Source: Alphaproteobacteria bacterium
Lineage (GTDB): Bacteria > Pseudomonadota > Alphaproteobacteria > UBA828
Length of the DNA: 64,000 nucleotides
Assembly: GCA_963422645.2 (NCBI GenBank)
Contig: CAXXVO010000017.1
Span: 1-64,000 of the forward strand
Reading direction: 5' to 3'
In this document: one piece after another, positions 61,012 to 64,000 of the stretch
Layout: each line of letters begins with the position of its first letter
Numbering within the stretch: position 1 is the first letter of the stretch
Made by a program: the position numbers and the translations under genes
The notes under the pieces: model-generated
The model's database searches: none
Seen by the model: the letters and a program-made list of their open reading frames with translations, nothing else
What the model was told of the DNA's origin: nothing

Positions 61012-61465
61012 CTAGGTGCGCAAGAGGGCTGCGATGGCTTGCCCGACCCTCTCGGCCGCTTGCTCGATTTCCCGGTCTCCCAAATGCGCGTAGCGCAGCG
61101 TCGTGCGCACGTCGGAATGGCCGAGCAGCCGCGCGACCAGCGGCACTGGCACGCCGTTCATCACCGCGTGACTGGCATGGGTATGGCGCAGATCGTGAAG
61201 GCGAACGTCCTCGATGCCCGCCTCGCGCCGGGCGCAATACCAGAAGGGAAGGTTGCGGTTGCGGGGCCGGTCGGGATCTCTCGGCGAAGGAAAGACGAAG
61301 GGGCTTCCGCCGTTCGGTCGGCGTTGGAGAATGTGCCGGGCCTGGGTATTGAGGGGAACGATCCTTGGCCCGGTCTTGCCGTCGGCAAGGACCATCCTGT
61401 CGCGATCGACTTCCAACCAACGCAGGCGGAGGATCTCGCTCCTGCGGCATCCGGTCAGAAGCAGG
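61012..61465 (-). pseudogene. Tyrosine recombinase/phage integrase, C-terminal catalytic part
   Basis: LLLTGCRRSEIL, KTG, RLHDLRHT, LLGHS, RYAH; frame lost upstream of 61465. Confidence 0.85.
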
Positions 61466-61615
61466 TGAGCGCGCGCGGTCTTTCAGCGGGGATCGGGGCC
61501 TGATCCGCTCGGATTTGTTGAGGTTTTGGGGCGGGTGCCCCTCGGCGAACTTGCAAGAAGTTCGCCGGGGGGCTTTGTCTCGTGGTGACGGTCACAATCG
61601 CCAGAGACGGCCCCA

Positions 61616-62233
61616 ATGTCGCACAACATTTTCCGCCACTCCATGCTTTGCAACGCCCTGGTCTGGGCCTGGCTGCGCGAGGTCGATGAGGCCGAGGCGG
61701 CGCGCTGCCGCGAGGCGGGCTGCCGACACTGCCCCGGCAAGCTGCACAGCGCGACGTATCCGCGCAAGCCGTACGGTCTGGCAGCCGAGTTGAGGGAAGA
61801 GGGCACGCGGCGGTTCAGCTTCTGCTGCGCGGATTGCCGCCTGCGAGCGACCCCACCATCGGTACGATTCTTCGGGCGCCGCTTTTATCTGGGCGCCCTG
61901 TTCGTTCTGTTGAGTGCACTGGTTCTGAGAGGCGGGGTGCGGTTGCAGACGATCAAGCGGAAGTGGGGGGTCTCGGTCGCCACACTGCGCCGCTGGCGGA
62001 AGTGGTGGCTGGAGGCGTTCCCGGCGACGGAGCCCTGGGGAGCGAAGCGTGGCGAACTGGTGATGCCACCCGAGGAGGTGCCGCTGCTCTTCGTGCTGCG
62101 GCAGATGCGGGGCGGACGCTTCGGTGAGCGTCTGTTCCTGAGCCTGATCTGGTTCAAGCCGTGGACGGGCTATTGCGGGCTCGGCGATGGCTCGGCGCCG
62201 CCCGCAGAAAGTGTTCCTGTCACGCCCGGATAG
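61616..62233 (+). CDS. Cys-rich putative Zn-binding plus HTH accessory protein
   Basis: CREAGCRHC...FSFCCADC...TPPSVRFFGRR...GVSVATLRRWRKWW. Confidence 0.7.
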   Translation: MSHNIFRHSMLCNALVWAWLREVDEAEAARCREAGCRHCPGKLHSATYPRKPYGLAAELREEGTRRFSFCCADCRLRATPPSVRFFGRRFYLGALFVLLSALVLRGGVRLQTIKRKWGVSVATLRRWRKWWLEAFPATEPWGAKRGELVMPPEEVPLLFVLRQMRGGRFGERLFLSLIWFKPWTGYCGLGDGSAPPAESVPVTPG

Positions 62234-62243
62234 GGCGTTCTAC

Positions 62244-63758
62244 ATGGGCATCTCTCCGATGCGGCGAGGGAGGGATGCCGGAATGGACAAGGACGACGCA
62301 GGCGCCAGGCGCGAGAAGTGGGCCCGGCTGCGCTTTGCGGTGGTGGGGCCGCTTCTGGCTTCACTGCCGCCTGCAGGCCAGCTGGGGGCCGAGTTCGAGC
62401 GTCTGTCGCAGCGCGACTGGGAGCACCCGTCGGGCAAGGGGCCGGTGCGCTTTGCGGCCTCGACGATCGAGCGCTGGTACTACCGGGCGCGGGCAGAGGA
62501 GCAGGACCCGGTCAAGGCGCTGCGCCGGAAGCCTCGGACCGACGTCGGCCGCGAGCGGTCCATGTCGGCGGGGCTGATCGCGGCGCTGCGCGAGCAGTAC
62601 CGGGTCCATCCCTCGTGGGCGGCGCAGCTCCACTACGAGACCCTCAAGGCTCATGTTGCGACCCATCCCGAGCTCGGCCCGATGCCGTCCTACGCGACGC
62701 TGACGCGGGCGATGCGCAATCGCGGCCTGGTGCGCGAGCGCCCCAGGAAGTGGCACGAGGGTGAGGACAAGCCGGCGGTCGAAGCCCGCGAGGTCCTTAG
62801 CTACGAGGTGTCTCGCAGTCACGCGCTGTGGCACGGGGACTTCCACCACGGCAAGCGCCGCGTGCTGACGGCGTCGGGCGAATGGCAGACGCCCATCCTG
62901 CTCGGCTTCCTCGACGACCACTCCAGGCTTGGCTGCCACCTGCAGTGGTACCTGGAGGAGACCGCCGAGGTCTTCGTCCACGGGCTCTGTCAGGCCTTCA
63001 TGAAGAGGGACTTGCCCAGGTCCCTGCTGACCGACAACGGCGGGCCGATGACGGCGGGCGAGGTCGAGGAGGGCTTGCACCGCCTCGGCATCGTGGGGGC
63101 CACGACACTCGCTTACAGCCCCCATCAAAATGGAAAAATCGAGTCGTTCTGGGGCACGGTCGAGGGCCGCCTGATGGCTCAGCTCGAAGGCGTCGACGCG
63201 CTCACCCTGAAGATGCTCAACGACGCCACCATAGCCTGGCTGGAGCAGGACTACCATCGGCGGGTGCACCGCGAGCTCGGCATGACGCCGCATGAACGCC
63301 TCGCCGGGAGCGTCAAGGCATCGAGGCCCTGCCCCGCCTCGGACGAGCTCAAGGCGGCCTTCCGCATCGCCAGGAAGCGCACGCTCAGGCGCTCGGACGG
63401 CACCGTCTCGGTCGAGGGCATCCGCTACCAGGTGCCACAGCCGTGGCGCCACCTGAGGACGCTCTGGGTCCGCTATGCGCGCTGGGACCTCAGCGGCGTC
63501 GATCTGGTGGAAGGCCGAAGCGGCGAGCGGCTGTGCACGCTGTACCCCCTCGACAAGCGCGGCAACGCCGATGGCGTCCGCCGTCCTGCGAGACCCGGCA
63601 GCGACCATGGCGGCGCCAGCGCGGGCGTCGGCGAACTTCCGCCGCTGCTCAAGGGCGTGCTCGACGCCCAGGCCGCAACAGGCCTGCCGCCGGCCTGGGT
63701 ACCCCATAACAAGACGCCCGGTCCGGGCGAGGACGACGATCAGGGAGATCCGTCATGA
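62244..63758 (+). CDS. DDE integrase-core transposase with Mu-like C-terminus (start uncertain)
   Basis: LWHGDFHH, LDDHSR, LTDNGG, NGKIESFW, YHRRVH, RSDGTVSVEG. Confidence 0.9.
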   Translation: MGISPMRRGRDAGMDKDDAGARREKWARLRFAVVGPLLASLPPAGQLGAEFERLSQRDWEHPSGKGPVRFAASTIERWYYRARAEEQDPVKALRRKPRTDVGRERSMSAGLIAALREQYRVHPSWAAQLHYETLKAHVATHPELGPMPSYATLTRAMRNRGLVRERPRKWHEGEDKPAVEAREVLSYEVSRSHALWHGDFHHGKRRVLTASGEWQTPILLGFLDDHSRLGCHLQWYLEETAEVFVHGLCQAFMKRDLPRSLLTDNGGPMTAGEVEEGLHRLGIVGATTLAYSPHQNGKIESFWGTVEGRLMAQLEGVDALTLKMLNDATIAWLEQDYHRRVHRELGMTPHERLAGSVKASRPCPASDELKAAFRIARKRTLRRSDGTVSVEGIRYQVPQPWRHLRTLWVRYARWDLSGVDLVEGRSGERLCTLYPLDKRGNADGVRRPARPGSDHGGASAGVGELPPLLKGVLDAQAATGLPPAWVPHNKTPGPGEDDDQGDPS

Positions 63759-64000
63759 ACCGCGAGCTGCTCACCTTCTACGGGCTCAAATGGAACCCCT
63801 TCGCCACCGACCTTCCGGTCGACAGCCTCATGGTGAGCCCCGCCGTCGACAGCTTCTGCCTCAGAATCGAGCATCATCTTGTGCGCCAGGGCGGCTTCGC
63901 GTTGATCGCCGGCGAGCCCGGCACCGGAAAGAGCGTGGCGTTGCGCGTGCTCGCCGACCGCCTCGGCCGCTCGGACGGGCTCAGGGTCTGTGCCATCACC
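63755..64000 (+). CDS. ExeA/TniB-like AAA ATPase, partial
   Basis: ATGA overlap; manual translation MNRELLTFYGLKWNPF...ALIAGEPGTGKSVALR. Confidence 0.85.
   Translation, partial: MNRELLTFYGLKWNPFATDLPVDSLMVSPAVDSFCLRIEHHLVRQGGFALIAGEPGTGKSVALRVLADRLGRSDGLRVCAIT

Larger units (their letters stand above)
61466..64000 (+). mobile_element. Tripartite transposon (Zn-finger/HTH + Mu-like DDE transposase + AAA ATPase); runs off window
   Basis: Starts TG where the integrase frame breaks (left end inferred); three co-oriented, closely spaced ORFs. Confidence 0.7.

Overview
GC-rich bacterial chromosomal window, most likely Alphaproteobacteria (TrcR/DUF1013, DUF1192, hslVU, rpmB; lineage inferred from gene content only). 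A conserved core (~9.95-48.3 kb) holds housekeeping genes (upp, rpmB, hslVU, tRNA-Val(GAC), trcR, mug-like) and many nitrogen-scavenging genes: an Urt-like amide/urea ABC transporter, mgd/sox-type heterotetrameric oxidase, ald, mmsA, two amidases, three nitrilase-fold hydrolases, an M20 hydrolase and a core MetE. Two nested mobile-element piles flank it (1-9.35 kb and 48.3-64 kb). They contain three copies of a 2515-bp IS with 17-bp IRs and a shared frameshift, an IS66 (ISBst12-like) carrying a translationally coupled DNA adenine methyltransferase, a second IS66, two IS21 copies, an IS630, a truncated group IIC intron and a Zn-finger/Mu-like DDE/AAA tripartite element. These disrupt an OLD-like ATPase, an AbiEii-like toxin, a Mod-like methyltransferase, a tyrosine integrase and a serine protease. 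Best leads: the methyltransferase-carrying IS66 (GGTACC in both IRs, start codon sequestered in a hairpin), the multi-stem non-coding tails of both IS66s, the fixed frameshift and IS66 association of the 17-bp-IR element, and a 13-unit helically phased decamer array beside a low-GC islet. All family calls come from motif recognition by eye; no database searches or folding programs were run.
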